Source: Arenicellales bacterium
GTDB taxonomy: Bacteria > Pseudomonadota > Gammaproteobacteria > Arenicellales > JAJDZL01
Assembly: GCA_965220725.1 (NCBI GenBank)
Contig: OZ244840.1
Location: 2,304,548-2,368,547, forward strand
Direction: 5' to 3'
Length of the DNA: 64,000 nt
Shown here: piece by piece, positions 55,569 through 64,000 of the stretch
Numbering within the stretch: position 1 is the stretch's first letter
Layout of the letters: each line of letters opens with the position of its first letter
Notes under the pieces: model-generated
What the model was told of the DNA's origin: nothing
What the model saw: only the letters and a program-made list of their open reading frames with translations
The model's database searches: none
Translations under genes and position numbers: made by a program

Positions 55569-56813
55569 ATGAATCTATCTCAGCTCAGGGTAAACAGCGA
55601 TCGGTTGTGGCAGTCACTGATGACTATGGCCGAGATCGGTGCCACGCCCAAAGGTGGAGTCTGTCGCCTGGCGCTGACTGACCTGGACCGTGAAAGCAGG
55701 GATCTGCTGACCGAGTGGTGTGAGAATGAGGGTTGCGAGAGAAAAGTGGACCCGATGGGCAATCTGTTCTTTCGCAGACCCGGAACCTCCGCTGACCAGC
55801 GCAGCGTCGGTGCCGGCAGTCATCTTGATTCACAGCCAACCGGTGGCAAGTTCGACGGCGCATACGGTGTGCTGGCGGCACTTGAGGTCATCCGCACCCT
55901 GAACGATTCCAAAATTGAAACCGAGCTTCCTGTCGAGTTGGTGGTGTGGACCAATGAGGAAGGTTCGCGCTTTCCGCCGGCGATGATCGGTTCAGCAGTC
56001 TATGCCGGTGTCTTTGATCTGGAGTATGGTCACAGCCGACCGGATCTGGAAGGTCTTACGATGGGTGAGGAGCTCAAGCGGATCGGATACCTGGGAGACT
56101 CACTTCCCGATAACCATCAGTTCTCCTCATTCTTTGAGGCGCACATTGAACAGGGACCGATACTCGAGGAACTGGAGCGGCCGATTGGCGTTGTTACTGG
56201 TGTCCAGGGTGTCAACTGGTACGATGTGACGGTGACCGGCGAGGAGACACACGCAGGTCCGACGCCGATGGAGCGGCGAAAGGATGCGCTGCGCGGCGCC
56301 TCGGAACTGCTTGCGGATATCTATCGCATTGCGACCGATTCTGGATTCGACGCACGCATCACGGTTGGCGAGTTTCGGATTTACCCGGGTTCGCGCAACA
56401 CGGTTCCCTCAAAAGTGGAGTTTTCGGTTGATATGCGTCATCCGGACATGGAGGAGTTTGATCGATTGGATCAGCAGATCAAGGACACGATCAAGCGATT
56501 CGACCACAATTCAAAACTGAGTGCGGAAGTTGACCATTTCTGGCGTTCGGCGCCGATTTCGTTTGACTCTGCCTGTATTGATGTGGTGCGGGCCAGTGCC
56601 CAGAATTGTGGCTACGAGTTCAACGAGATGGTCAGTGGAGCCGGGCATGATTCAGTTCACATTTCCGGCATTGCGCCGACCTCGATGATTTTCATTCCAT
56701 GTGATGGCGGTGTCAGTCACAATGAGTATGAAAACACCTCCAAGGAGTTCGCCGCAGCCGGCGCCAACGTATTGCTTCACTCGATAATCGCCCGGGCTGG
56801 AATCTCCGGATGA
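55569..56813 (+). CDS. M20-family amidohydrolase (allantoate amidohydrolase / N-carbamoyl-amino-acid / beta-ureidopropionase type).
   Basis: GSHLDSQPTGGKFDGAYGVLAALEV, WTNEEGSRF, and a C-terminal GAGHDS. Confidence 0.85.
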   Translation: MNLSQLRVNSDRLWQSLMTMAEIGATPKGGVCRLALTDLDRESRDLLTEWCENEGCERKVDPMGNLFFRRPGTSADQRSVGAGSHLDSQPTGGKFDGAYGVLAALEVIRTLNDSKIETELPVELVVWTNEEGSRFPPAMIGSAVYAGVFDLEYGHSRPDLEGLTMGEELKRIGYLGDSLPDNHQFSSFFEAHIEQGPILEELERPIGVVTGVQGVNWYDVTVTGEETHAGPTPMERRKDALRGASELLADIYRIATDSGFDARITVGEFRIYPGSRNTVPSKVEFSVDMRHPDMEEFDRLDQQIKDTIKRFDHNSKLSAEVDHFWRSAPISFDSACIDVVRASAQNCGYEFNEMVSGAGHDSVHISGIAPTSMIFIPCDGGVSHNEYENTSKEFAAAGANVLLHSIIARAGISG

Positions 56814-57772
56814 CCAAAACGGTCGACCTGCTCGGCATCGGGAATGCGATCGTCGACATTCTGTGCGTGGCCGAGAACCGCGACCTGCAGGTCATGGGCC
56901 TGAACAAGGGCATGATGACGCTGATTGATGACCAAACGGTCAGTGAGCTTGAAAAATCCGCAACAGTTGACACCATGCAATCCGGCGGGTCGGTCGCCAA
57001 CACCATGGCTCACTATGCCGGTCTCGGCGGGCGCGGTCAGTTCATCGGCAAAATCGCCCGGGATGCGGTCGGCGACCGATTCAAGCAGGATATGTCGGAG
57101 TTGAGGATCCGGTTTCAGACCGCGCCAATCATCTCAACAGAATCCACAGGGTGTTGCTACGTATTCATCACACCGGATGCACAAAGAACCATGTGTACGC
57201 ATCTTGGTGCCAGTACGATGCTGTCGAATGATGACGTTGATGATGATGCCGTCAAAGCGGCATCATTTGTCTTCATTGAAGGATATCTTTGGGATTCACC
57301 GGGCGCGCTGGATTTGATTCATGCAACCGTCGAGTCGGCAAGCAAGGCGGGAACACAGGTGGCGTTGACGCTGTCAGACCCCATGTTGGTCGAACGGCAT
57401 CACGACCGGATCAGGCGATTCCTGGAGGAATACGTTGACATCGTGTTCGCCAATGAACTGGAAGCGCAGCAACTGTGCGAGACGCCCGACTGGGAGGAAT
57501 CGTTGCGCTGTCTATCCGAAAAGATCGATCATGTTGTCCTGACCCGTGGCGATCAGGGTTCCGCGGTGGCGATGGATGGACGAACCTATCATCGCCGTGC
57601 GAACGAGGCAACCGCAGTCAAAGACACAACCGGAGCCGGAGATGCCTATGCTGCAGGATACCTTTACGGGCTCACCCGCAATTGGCCGATCGGGCGCTGC
57701 ATGGATGTTGCATCCGACATTGCGGCACAAACCGTTGCCCACATGGGCGGTCGTCTGGGCAACTCAAAATGA
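56810..57772 (+). CDS. PfkB-family kinase (adenosine kinase-like).
   Basis: LLGIGNAIVDIL at the N-terminus and DTTGAGDAYAAGYLYG. The start overlaps the upstream stop (ATGA). Confidence 0.85.
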   Translation: MTKTVDLLGIGNAIVDILCVAENRDLQVMGLNKGMMTLIDDQTVSELEKSATVDTMQSGGSVANTMAHYAGLGGRGQFIGKIARDAVGDRFKQDMSELRIRFQTAPIISTESTGCCYVFITPDAQRTMCTHLGASTMLSNDDVDDDAVKAASFVFIEGYLWDSPGALDLIHATVESASKAGTQVALTLSDPMLVERHHDRIRRFLEEYVDIVFANELEAQQLCETPDWEESLRCLSEKIDHVVLTRGDQGSAVAMDGRTYHRRANEATAVKDTTGAGDAYAAGYLYGLTRNWPIGRCMDVASDIAAQTVAHMGGRLGNSK

Positions 57773-57806
57773 GTCAGGCTGTCACATCTGAATCGGTTGC
57801 CTGCGG

Positions 57807-58286
57807 CTAAAGCAACCCCATCATGGTATCTGCGTCGCTGACCTCGAATTTTCCGGGGCCTTCCCTGTTCAGTGCGGTGACAACACCGTTGTCAACGATC
57901 ATCGCGTATCGGTCCGAGCGAACCCCCAGGCCCATTTCGGTCAGGTCCAGTTCGATACCGATGGCCTTGGTGAACTTGGCGCTGCCGTCGGCCAGCATGA
58001 GGATCTGGTCGGCATTCTGGGTATCGCCCCAGGCGCCCATTACAAATGCGTCATTCACCGATAGACAGGCGATGGTGTCGACGCCTTTGGCCAGAATCTC
58101 ATCGGCCTTGACGACATAGCCGGGCAGATGCGCCTTGCTGCAAGTCGGTGTATAGGCGCCGGGAAGGGCAAACAAAACCACTTTTTTCCCGTCGAAAATC
58201 TCCGAAGTGGATATCTCCGTCGGTCCGCTGTCGGTCATGTGGTGCAACTTGACGTCTGGAATCTTGTCTCCAACGGCAATCGTCAT
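57807..58286 (-). CDS. Prx5-type peroxiredoxin.
   Basis: LFALPGAYTPTCS. The ATG at 58286 is preceded by GGAGG. The longer ORF to 58358 is unlikely. Confidence 0.85.
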   Translation of the reverse strand: MTIAVGDKIPDVKLHHMTDSGPTEISTSEIFDGKKVVLFALPGAYTPTCSKAHLPGYVVKADEILAKGVDTIACLSVNDAFVMGAWGDTQNADQILMLADGSAKFTKAIGIELDLTEMGLGVRSDRYAMIVDNGVVTALNREGPGKFEVSDADTMMGLL

Positions 58287-58483
58287 TGTAGATACCTCCA
58301 ATTTGAATTCAGTAGATAATAGAATCTGATGATTCTGGAAACGATGTTCACATTTCACAGTATTTTATAGTGGTGTGTGCTGCTTTTTGACCAATATTTG
58401 CATGGCGGTTTGCTGGCTCAGAGATTTGCCGCAAACAGCTGTTCAAAGCGAATCCGATCCATTCAACCGTAAAGCCCGTAGTA

Positions 58484-59860
58484 ATGCCTATGAAAGAATC
58501 CGATGAATCACCCAGCATCGAGCTGGATGACCTGGTCAGCAAGCACCCGGACATTGAGTACGTCGATGCCATTTTTGCAGATTTGCATGGCTACATCCGC
58601 GGCAAGCGAATCCCGGTTGGCGAAGCGGGCAAAATCTACAAGTCCGGCATCCAGATACCGGACAGTGCATTCCTGCTTGACCCGCTGGGGGATTCCGGCG
58701 ACCCGTGTGGCCGGGGCTATTCTGACGGCGATCCTGACGGTACGCTGAAGACAGTTCCCGGAACGACCTGTCTGGTTCCATGGGGTGTCGGAAAGTCCGC
58801 CCAGGTGCTGATGGAGTTGTACGGAGATGATGGAACGGCGAACCTGGTTGATCCGCGTCACATCGCAGCCAGAGCCGTCAGCGTGTTTGGTGAACTGGGG
58901 TACAAGCTGAACATCGCGTTCGAATTGGAGTTCTATCTGCTTGACAAGGATTTTGACGATCATGGAAAGCCGGTCTTTCCCGGATCACACGGAAAAAAGA
59001 GCAGTGAACATCCCACACAGGTCTATTCCCTCAAGGATCTGGATCAGCAGTACGAATTCTTGAGCAGGGTTCAGGAAGCCTGCCGGGTGCAGGGGATTCC
59101 GGTATCCGCCGCGGTGTCGGAATACTCGCCCTTCCAGTTCGAGATCAATCTTCACCATACCCCTGATCCGATGTCGGCTGCCGATCACTGTGTCCTGTTA
59201 AGGCGCGTGATCAAGGAGATCGCGCTGTCTTTGGACATGGTTGCAACCTTCATGCCCAAACCGTTTCATGAATTCAGCGGCAACGGCATGCACTTGCACG
59301 TCAGTATGGAAAACGAGTCAGGAGACAACGTGTTTCGAGGCGAGGATGAACTGGGTAGCACGCTGATGCACAAGGCAATCGGCGGGTTGCTCGACTCAAT
59401 GGCGGACATGATTGCAGTGTTTGCACCCGGACACAACTCATTCAAGCGATTCGTTCCGGACATCTATGTGCCGGTCACCAAGACCTGGGGATTCAACAAT
59501 CGCTCGGTGACCATCCGCATTCCCGCGGGGGATGATGATGCACGGCGAATCGAGCACCGCATTGCCGGCGCGGACGCCAATCCCTACCTTGTGCTGACGG
59601 CGATTCTCGGCGGCATGCATCACGGCATCACCAACAGCATTGATGCCGGTGAGGCAAGCCCCTTCACAAATGTTGGCAGCAAAATCGACGAGACACTGCC
59701 TTTCAGGTGGGACAAGGCTATTGATGCTTTTGAGAAATCGCAGTTCGCGCAACGATATTTCACAAGGGACTATGTTGAACTCTACTGCGCGGTCAAGCGG
59801 GACGAGATGCTCAAGTTCGACCAATACATCAACGACAGGGAATATCAATTCTATCTTTGA
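58484..59860 (+). CDS. puuA: Glutamine synthetase-family gamma-glutamyl-polyamine synthetase (PuuA/PauA-like).
   Basis: GS catalytic-domain motifs (NGMHLHVS, NRSVTIRIP and EHRIAGADANPY). It is coupled to the puuB-like gene. Confidence 0.7.
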   Translation: MPMKESDESPSIELDDLVSKHPDIEYVDAIFADLHGYIRGKRIPVGEAGKIYKSGIQIPDSAFLLDPLGDSGDPCGRGYSDGDPDGTLKTVPGTTCLVPWGVGKSAQVLMELYGDDGTANLVDPRHIAARAVSVFGELGYKLNIAFELEFYLLDKDFDDHGKPVFPGSHGKKSSEHPTQVYSLKDLDQQYEFLSRVQEACRVQGIPVSAAVSEYSPFQFEINLHHTPDPMSAADHCVLLRRVIKEIALSLDMVATFMPKPFHEFSGNGMHLHVSMENESGDNVFRGEDELGSTLMHKAIGGLLDSMADMIAVFAPGHNSFKRFVPDIYVPVTKTWGFNNRSVTIRIPAGDDDARRIEHRIAGADANPYLVLTAILGGMHHGITNSIDAGEASPFTNVGSKIDETLPFRWDKAIDAFEKSQFAQRYFTRDYVELYCAVKRDEMLKFDQYINDREYQFYL

Positions 59861-61185
59861 CCACGCACTTGGATTCCAGTTCTGCCAGTCACATCAATTC
59901 CTACTATGCGGCCAGCGCGGTGGGAATGGTGGACTATCCGGAATTATCTGATACTGAAAATTGCGACGTTTGCGTCATCGGCGGTGGATTCACAGGTCTT
60001 TCCACCGCCTTGAATCTTGCCGAGCTGGGCTTTGATGTGGTATTGCTTGAAGCCAGGCGCATCGGTTGGGGTGCGTCAGGCAGGAACGGCGGACAGGTCG
60101 GTTCCGGTCTGAACTGGTCGCAGACTGAGCTGGAAGCTGACTTTGGAGTCGAGGCGGCACACGCCTTGTGGGATTTATGCGAGCAGGCCAAGCAGGAAGT
60201 GACCAGGCGAATCCGGCAACATCAGATTTCGTGTGACTTCAAGCATGGTACCGTGGCTGCTGCGGTGACCCGTAAGGCGGCAAAGACCTATCAGGAGGAA
60301 GCCGATCATCTTCGTGAGAAATACGATTGCAAGGCGATCAGGTTCGTCGACCGCGAGGAGATTTCAGAATTGCTTGGGACCAACCGGTACTGGGCGGGCA
60401 TGCTGGATTCGAGTACAGGCCATCTGCATCCGCTCAACTTTGCCATCGGGCTTGCGCGGGCAGCGACAGAGGCCAAGGTCAGAATCCATGAAAACTCACC
60501 TGTTGTCGGGTATACGAGAGACGGCGATGGGTACAGCGTGACCACGTCACGCGGCAGTGTGGTCAAATCCAGATTTGTCGTATTCGGATGCAATGCCTAC
60601 ATGGATGGGGTTGCGATGAATTTCAGCAAATGGATCATGCCGTTCGTGAGTTGTGTTGCAGCGACTGAACCGTTGGACGAATCCGTTGCGCAGTCGATCA
60701 ACCGGGATGATGTGGCAGTGTATGACTCCCGATTCTGTCTGGACTACTATCGATTGACTTCGGACCGCCGGTTGCTGTTCGGTGGTGCCGAGAACTACAT
60801 CCCCACCGAGTCGGGTAATATTGCAAGGAGGATTCGTTCGAGAATCCTGCACCTGTATCCGACGATGACGGATGTGAAAATTGATTATGCGTGGGGCGGG
60901 AAGATTGCGGCAACCCGAAGCCGGCTGCCTTCAGTCGGGCGTATTGACGAGAACACCTACTATGCCCAGGGCTATTCCGGACATGGTGTGGCACTAACCA
61001 ATATTGTTGGCCGGTCGATCGCTGAAGCGATAGCCGATCAGCCTGAGCGCTTCGAGCGGTTTGCCTCAGTTCCACACAAGACCTTTCCGGGCGGCCGTTT
61101 TCTTCGCTGGCCGGCCCATGTACTGACCATGCTGAGCTTGAGCGCGCTGGATCGTTTGAGCGTGAGAATCGGCGGTGTGCGCTGA
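59857..61185 (+). CDS. puuB: FAD-dependent gamma-glutamylputrescine oxidase-like oxidoreductase.
   Basis: SYYAAS...CDVCVIGGGFTGLSTAL...GASGRNGGQ, LDYYRLTSDRRLLFGG and YAQGYSGHGV closely parallel my recollection of E. coli PuuB. The TTG start overlaps the upstream stop. Confidence 0.75.
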   Translation: MTTHLDSSSASHINSYYAASAVGMVDYPELSDTENCDVCVIGGGFTGLSTALNLAELGFDVVLLEARRIGWGASGRNGGQVGSGLNWSQTELEADFGVEAAHALWDLCEQAKQEVTRRIRQHQISCDFKHGTVAAAVTRKAAKTYQEEADHLREKYDCKAIRFVDREEISELLGTNRYWAGMLDSSTGHLHPLNFAIGLARAATEAKVRIHENSPVVGYTRDGDGYSVTTSRGSVVKSRFVVFGCNAYMDGVAMNFSKWIMPFVSCVAATEPLDESVAQSINRDDVAVYDSRFCLDYYRLTSDRRLLFGGAENYIPTESGNIARRIRSRILHLYPTMTDVKIDYAWGGKIAATRSRLPSVGRIDENTYYAQGYSGHGVALTNIVGRSIAEAIADQPERFERFASVPHKTFPGGRFLRWPAHVLTMLSLSALDRLSVRIGGVR

Positions 61186-61382
61186 TTGTCAGCGGGATGT
61201 GATTTGTGTATTCCAAGGTGCAGGCATGACACGGATTCTCGAATTGCTTGGAATTCATCCCGTTGAAAGAGTATATTGACAGACATCAGACTTTCAAATC
61301 ATCGTCCTGACACAGAACACAAACCATCTGCGAATGGAATTTCCTGGCACAGTCTTTGCCACTTACCCATTGGAGAACGACA

Positions 61383-62774
61383 ATGTCCAGTGCAGTTGAG
61401 CAAGCGCCATCGTTTGGCGCCATCGAAGAACTGAAACAAAGATTCGGCGACCGGATCATCACTTCAAAAAGTGCCTGCCATGAATTTGGGTCGGATGAGT
61501 CGTTTCATGGCAGTTATCCACCTGATGCCGTATTCGCACCGCATTCGACCGAAGAGGTATCGGAAGTGGTCCGGATCTGCTCCCAATATGACTTCCCTGT
61601 CATTCCCTATGGAACAGGAACCAGTCTGGAAGGTCACATCTGCGCGCTCCATGGTGGAATCAGTCTGAACATGATGGAGATGAATCAGGTATTGCAGGTC
61701 AACGCGGAGGACCTGGACGTGGTGGTTCAACCGGGCGTGACGCGCAAGCAGTTGAATCTGTATCTGAAAGACAGCGGATTGTTCTTTCCAATTGATCCCG
61801 GTGCCGATGCATCCTTGGGCGGAATGACCGCCACCCGCGCATCTGGAACCAATGCGGTCCGTTATGGCACCATGCGCGAGAATGTCCTGTCGCTCACAGT
61901 GGTTATGGCGGATGGCCGAATCATCAAAACCGCCAAGCGTTCCAGAAAATCATCGGCAGGGTATGATTTGACTCGGCTGTTTGTCGGCTCGGAAGGCACC
62001 CTCGGTGTCATTACGGAAATCACACTGCGGGTTTATGGCATTCCTGAGAAAATCTCATCTGCGGTGGTTGCGTTTTCGGACCTGGAAAATGCGGTCAACG
62101 CGGTGATTACGACGATTCAAATGGGCATTCCGATTGCGAGAATTGAATTGCTGGATGATTCGATGATGCACGCGCTCAACTGCTACTCGAAAATGGATTA
62201 TCCGGAAGAGCACACGCTGTTTTTGGAATTTCACGGGTCGGAAACGTCGGTTCAGGACCAGGTTGAGATGGTCCAGATGATCTGCGAGGAGTACGGTGGC
62301 GGTCATTTTCAGTGGACACTGCATACCGAAGAGAGAAACCGACTGTGGCAGGCGAGGCACGATGCGGCGTATGCCGCCAAGTCCATGCGGCCCAACGCTC
62401 AGATCTGGGCAACCGATGTCTGTGTGCCTATTTCAAGGTTGGCGGAATGCATTGTTGATACAAAGCGCGATATCGAGGAATCCAACCTGCAGGCACCGAT
62501 CGTGGGGCATGTCGGTGATGGCAACTTCCATCTCGTGTTGCTGGTTGACCACAACGACCGCGATGAGGAGAAGCGGGCTCAGGCGTTACATGAGCGGATG
62601 GTCATGCGTGCTCTGGAAATGGAAGGAACTTGTACCGGGGAGCATGGGATAGGTTACGGCAAGCTGGACTTTCTGGTTGCTGAGCATGGTGAGGCGGTTA
62701 GTGTGATGCGTACCATCAAGCAGGCAATGGATCCGGCCAATATCATGAATCCGGGCAAGATTGTCCGCGTATAG
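61383..62774 (+). CDS. FAD-linked oxidase (GlcD / D-lactate dehydrogenase-like).
   Basis: The PCMH-type FAD domain (VIPYGTGTSLEG and GSEGTLGVITE) and a C-terminal GEHGIGYGK. The ATG at 61383 is preceded by GGAGA. Confidence 0.85.
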   Translation: MSSAVEQAPSFGAIEELKQRFGDRIITSKSACHEFGSDESFHGSYPPDAVFAPHSTEEVSEVVRICSQYDFPVIPYGTGTSLEGHICALHGGISLNMMEMNQVLQVNAEDLDVVVQPGVTRKQLNLYLKDSGLFFPIDPGADASLGGMTATRASGTNAVRYGTMRENVLSLTVVMADGRIIKTAKRSRKSSAGYDLTRLFVGSEGTLGVITEITLRVYGIPEKISSAVVAFSDLENAVNAVITTIQMGIPIARIELLDDSMMHALNCYSKMDYPEEHTLFLEFHGSETSVQDQVEMVQMICEEYGGGHFQWTLHTEERNRLWQARHDAAYAAKSMRPNAQIWATDVCVPISRLAECIVDTKRDIEESNLQAPIVGHVGDGNFHLVLLVDHNDRDEEKRAQALHERMVMRALEMEGTCTGEHGIGYGKLDFLVAEHGEAVSVMRTIKQAMDPANIMNPGKIVRV

Positions 62775-62920
62775 AAGTCAATCAGTCATCGTTCGCATCG
62801 GCGCTTGACGCATGATGCTTCGGTCAATCAGGGAGTTGGCGAAACGGTGACGTTTCGATTCGGCGGTGTTCTGCCTGAGGCTGAGTTTTTCAGAAACAGC
62901 GTTGATTTGGTACGAACACC

Positions 62921-62946
62921 AAAAGAGCAGTGGGACTGTCAGTCCC
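62921..62946 (-). terminator. Putative rho-independent terminator after the Fur-like gene.
   Basis: On the minus strand, GGGACT-GAC-AGTCCC (6-bp stem) sits 6 nt after the stop and is followed by ACTGCTCTTTTGG. Confidence 0.45.
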
Positions 62947-62951
62947 GCAGA

Positions 62952-63242
62952 TCAGGCTTGAGCGCTGGTGCCTTGATCTTTGGGTTCGCCGGACTTGCGG
63001 TAAATTTCTTCGGCTGAATCGCCTACCTTGGCAAGCAGGCCTTTTTCGACGAAAAGACGCAGGGTGTTGTTGACTGTTGCGCGTGATACAGGTGGCCAGG
63101 GTCCATTGACATTGCGGTAGATATCTTCTGCCGACATTTCTTCAGTTCGGTCTAAAATGACCCGGGCAATACGCAACCGTTGCTGTGATGGCATAATTCC
63201 GTAGTCACGCAAATATGTGTCAAGGTCAATATTTGTCATCAT
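62952..63242 (-). CDS. Small Fur-family-like winged-helix protein, comprising the DNA-binding domain only.
   Basis: GIMPSQQRLRIARVIL...MSAEDIYRNV...VSRATVNNTLRLFVEKGLL parallels the Fur N-terminal domain (T.QR..IL..L...SAEDLY...ISLATVYRVL..F...G). No His/Cys-rich dimerisation or metal domain follows. Confidence 0.6.
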   Translation of the reverse strand: MMTNIDLDTYLRDYGIMPSQQRLRIARVILDRTEEMSAEDIYRNVNGPWPPVSRATVNNTLRLFVEKGLLAKVGDSAEEIYRKSGEPKDQGTSAQA

Positions 63243-63381
63243 CTTGAGTATCTACCCTAAAGTCTCATCAAACTGGAAATGGTTCAGAATAAAGAGATAA
63301 AATTTTACCATAACGCCTTGAATTTTTCCACTTTCGGAAGCAGTCGGGCAGGCAGAGCGTTGGCAGGCCGAACCAAAGAGT

Positions 63382-63930
63382 TTGCCTGATTCTGGAACAT
63401 GGGCTATGGGAAGACTGATGAGTGACGCCGATAATACCAAAGACGTGCTGGCCGCCTTTGCGTCGATTACCCGCGATGGATTGATTCTTGTGATCGGTGA
63501 GTCTGCGTTGACCCACTGCCGTTCAATTGTTGCCGGGATGCATGCCATGACCCGATTGGTCATCAATCTTCCGCAAGGCGCACCTGCGACCAATGAGGAG
63601 CGGGAGTTGGAGAATGATTTGCGGGTGGCGATTCATCGACAGGGTACCGAAGAATTCCTTGAAGACGTCAAGCGGCACTCCTTGAATCTGGTTGTACTGG
63701 GTCAGGCTGACGTGTCTGACGCCATTGTGGATCGGGTGTCGGCAATGTTGTATGGCGGTGGCAGTGTTGTTGTGCTGAAGCGGGCTGGATCTACTGGCGA
63801 AAATTACCGGAACGCATTCCAGGCGTTTCATCGGGCGGATATCGGGTCATGCGAGTTGTTCGTCAAACGAGATGAAGCGCAATCCAAGGTGCGCCGCGGT
63901 GGAAGGCGCGCCCGTTTGAATGAGATTTGA
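63382..63930 (+). CDS. Hypothetical protein with weak resemblance to an O-methyltransferase-like fold. The start is uncertain.
   Basis: A 182-aa ORF. LILVIGESA and LNLVVLGQADVSD...LYGGGSVVVL loosely recall class I MTase strands. No clear GxG SAM motif is present. Confidence 0.4.
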   Translation: MPDSGTWAMGRLMSDADNTKDVLAAFASITRDGLILVIGESALTHCRSIVAGMHAMTRLVINLPQGAPATNEERELENDLRVAIHRQGTEEFLEDVKRHSLNLVVLGQADVSDAIVDRVSAMLYGGGSVVVLKRAGSTGENYRNAFQAFHRADIGSCELFVKRDEAQSKVRRGGRRARLNEI

Positions 63931-64000
63931 CGAACCGGACTGCCTGTCCCGGCGCATCCTGCGTTGACTGTGTGTAAATTCAGACCATGTCATCGTTGAA

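Noticed and set aside
62775-62951. Read-through or a frameshifted continuation of the Fur-like gene, i.e. a pseudogenised full-length Fur.
   Set aside because: Translating all three downstream frames shows no Fur-type HxH or CxxC metal-site remnants, and a terminator-like hairpin follows the stop.
1-64000. CRISPR arrays, rRNA/tRNA genes, IS elements with terminal inverted repeats, integrases, and att-like direct repeats flanking the AT-rich islets.
   Set aside because: None was found on visual inspection. The only substantial repeat is the Rpn tandem array. A computational scan (tRNAscan, Infernal, repeat finder) would be needed for certainty.

Overview
This is a gene-dense bacterial chromosomal segment, proteobacterial in style, with about 57 supportable protein genes. 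I found no rRNA, tRNA or CRISPR array by eye. Hand counts on sample lines give about 55% G+C or higher for most of the window, with three visibly AT-richer patches.

Gene content from left to right:
- A 5'-truncated, tandemly duplicated UvrA paralog.
- A minus-strand corrinoid-dependent methyltransferase operon (3335-10630). It encodes a MetH-activation-like protein, a pterin-binding methyltransferase, a URO-D/MtaA-family methyltransferase, a DxHxxG corrinoid protein, a RACo-type reductive activase, a His-rich COG0523 GTPase and a GntR regulator.
- A neighbouring MIP-channel / MetF / hypothetical unit.
- A glycerate kinase.
- An AT-rich islet with a stand-alone SIR2-like gene (15130-16128).
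- A long stretch of CoA-thioester, fatty-acid and PHA metabolism genes: large acyl-CoA dehydrogenase, acylating ALDH, two AMP-ligases, SDRs, ETF-QO, phaJ-phaC, crotonase, PaaI thioesterase and a haloacid dehalogenase.
- Amine and redox genes.
- A lower-GC, translationally coupled Mre11/SbcD-like plus Rad50/SbcC-like pair (40090-43877).
- A PhyH dioxygenase and a DUF1028 protein.
- An Rpn (YhgA-like) nuclease gene followed by two tandem stand-alone copies of its own C-terminal domain (45790-47641).
- An OYE flavoprotein and a ferredoxin-fused PDR-type reductase.
- A tctCBA transporter with an M20 amidohydrolase and a PfkB kinase.
- A peroxiredoxin, puuA/puuB-like genes, a GlcD-like oxidase and a truncated Fur-like wHTH protein.

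The most interesting candidates for undescribed biology are:
1. The Rpn locus with an amplified RpnS-like small-gene array.
2. The corrinoid methyl-transfer system of unknown substrate, sitting in an aerobic-type genome context.
3. The orphan SIR2-like islet.
4. The non-canonical SbcCD-like pair.

All functional calls rest on motif and family recognition by eye. No database search was possible.
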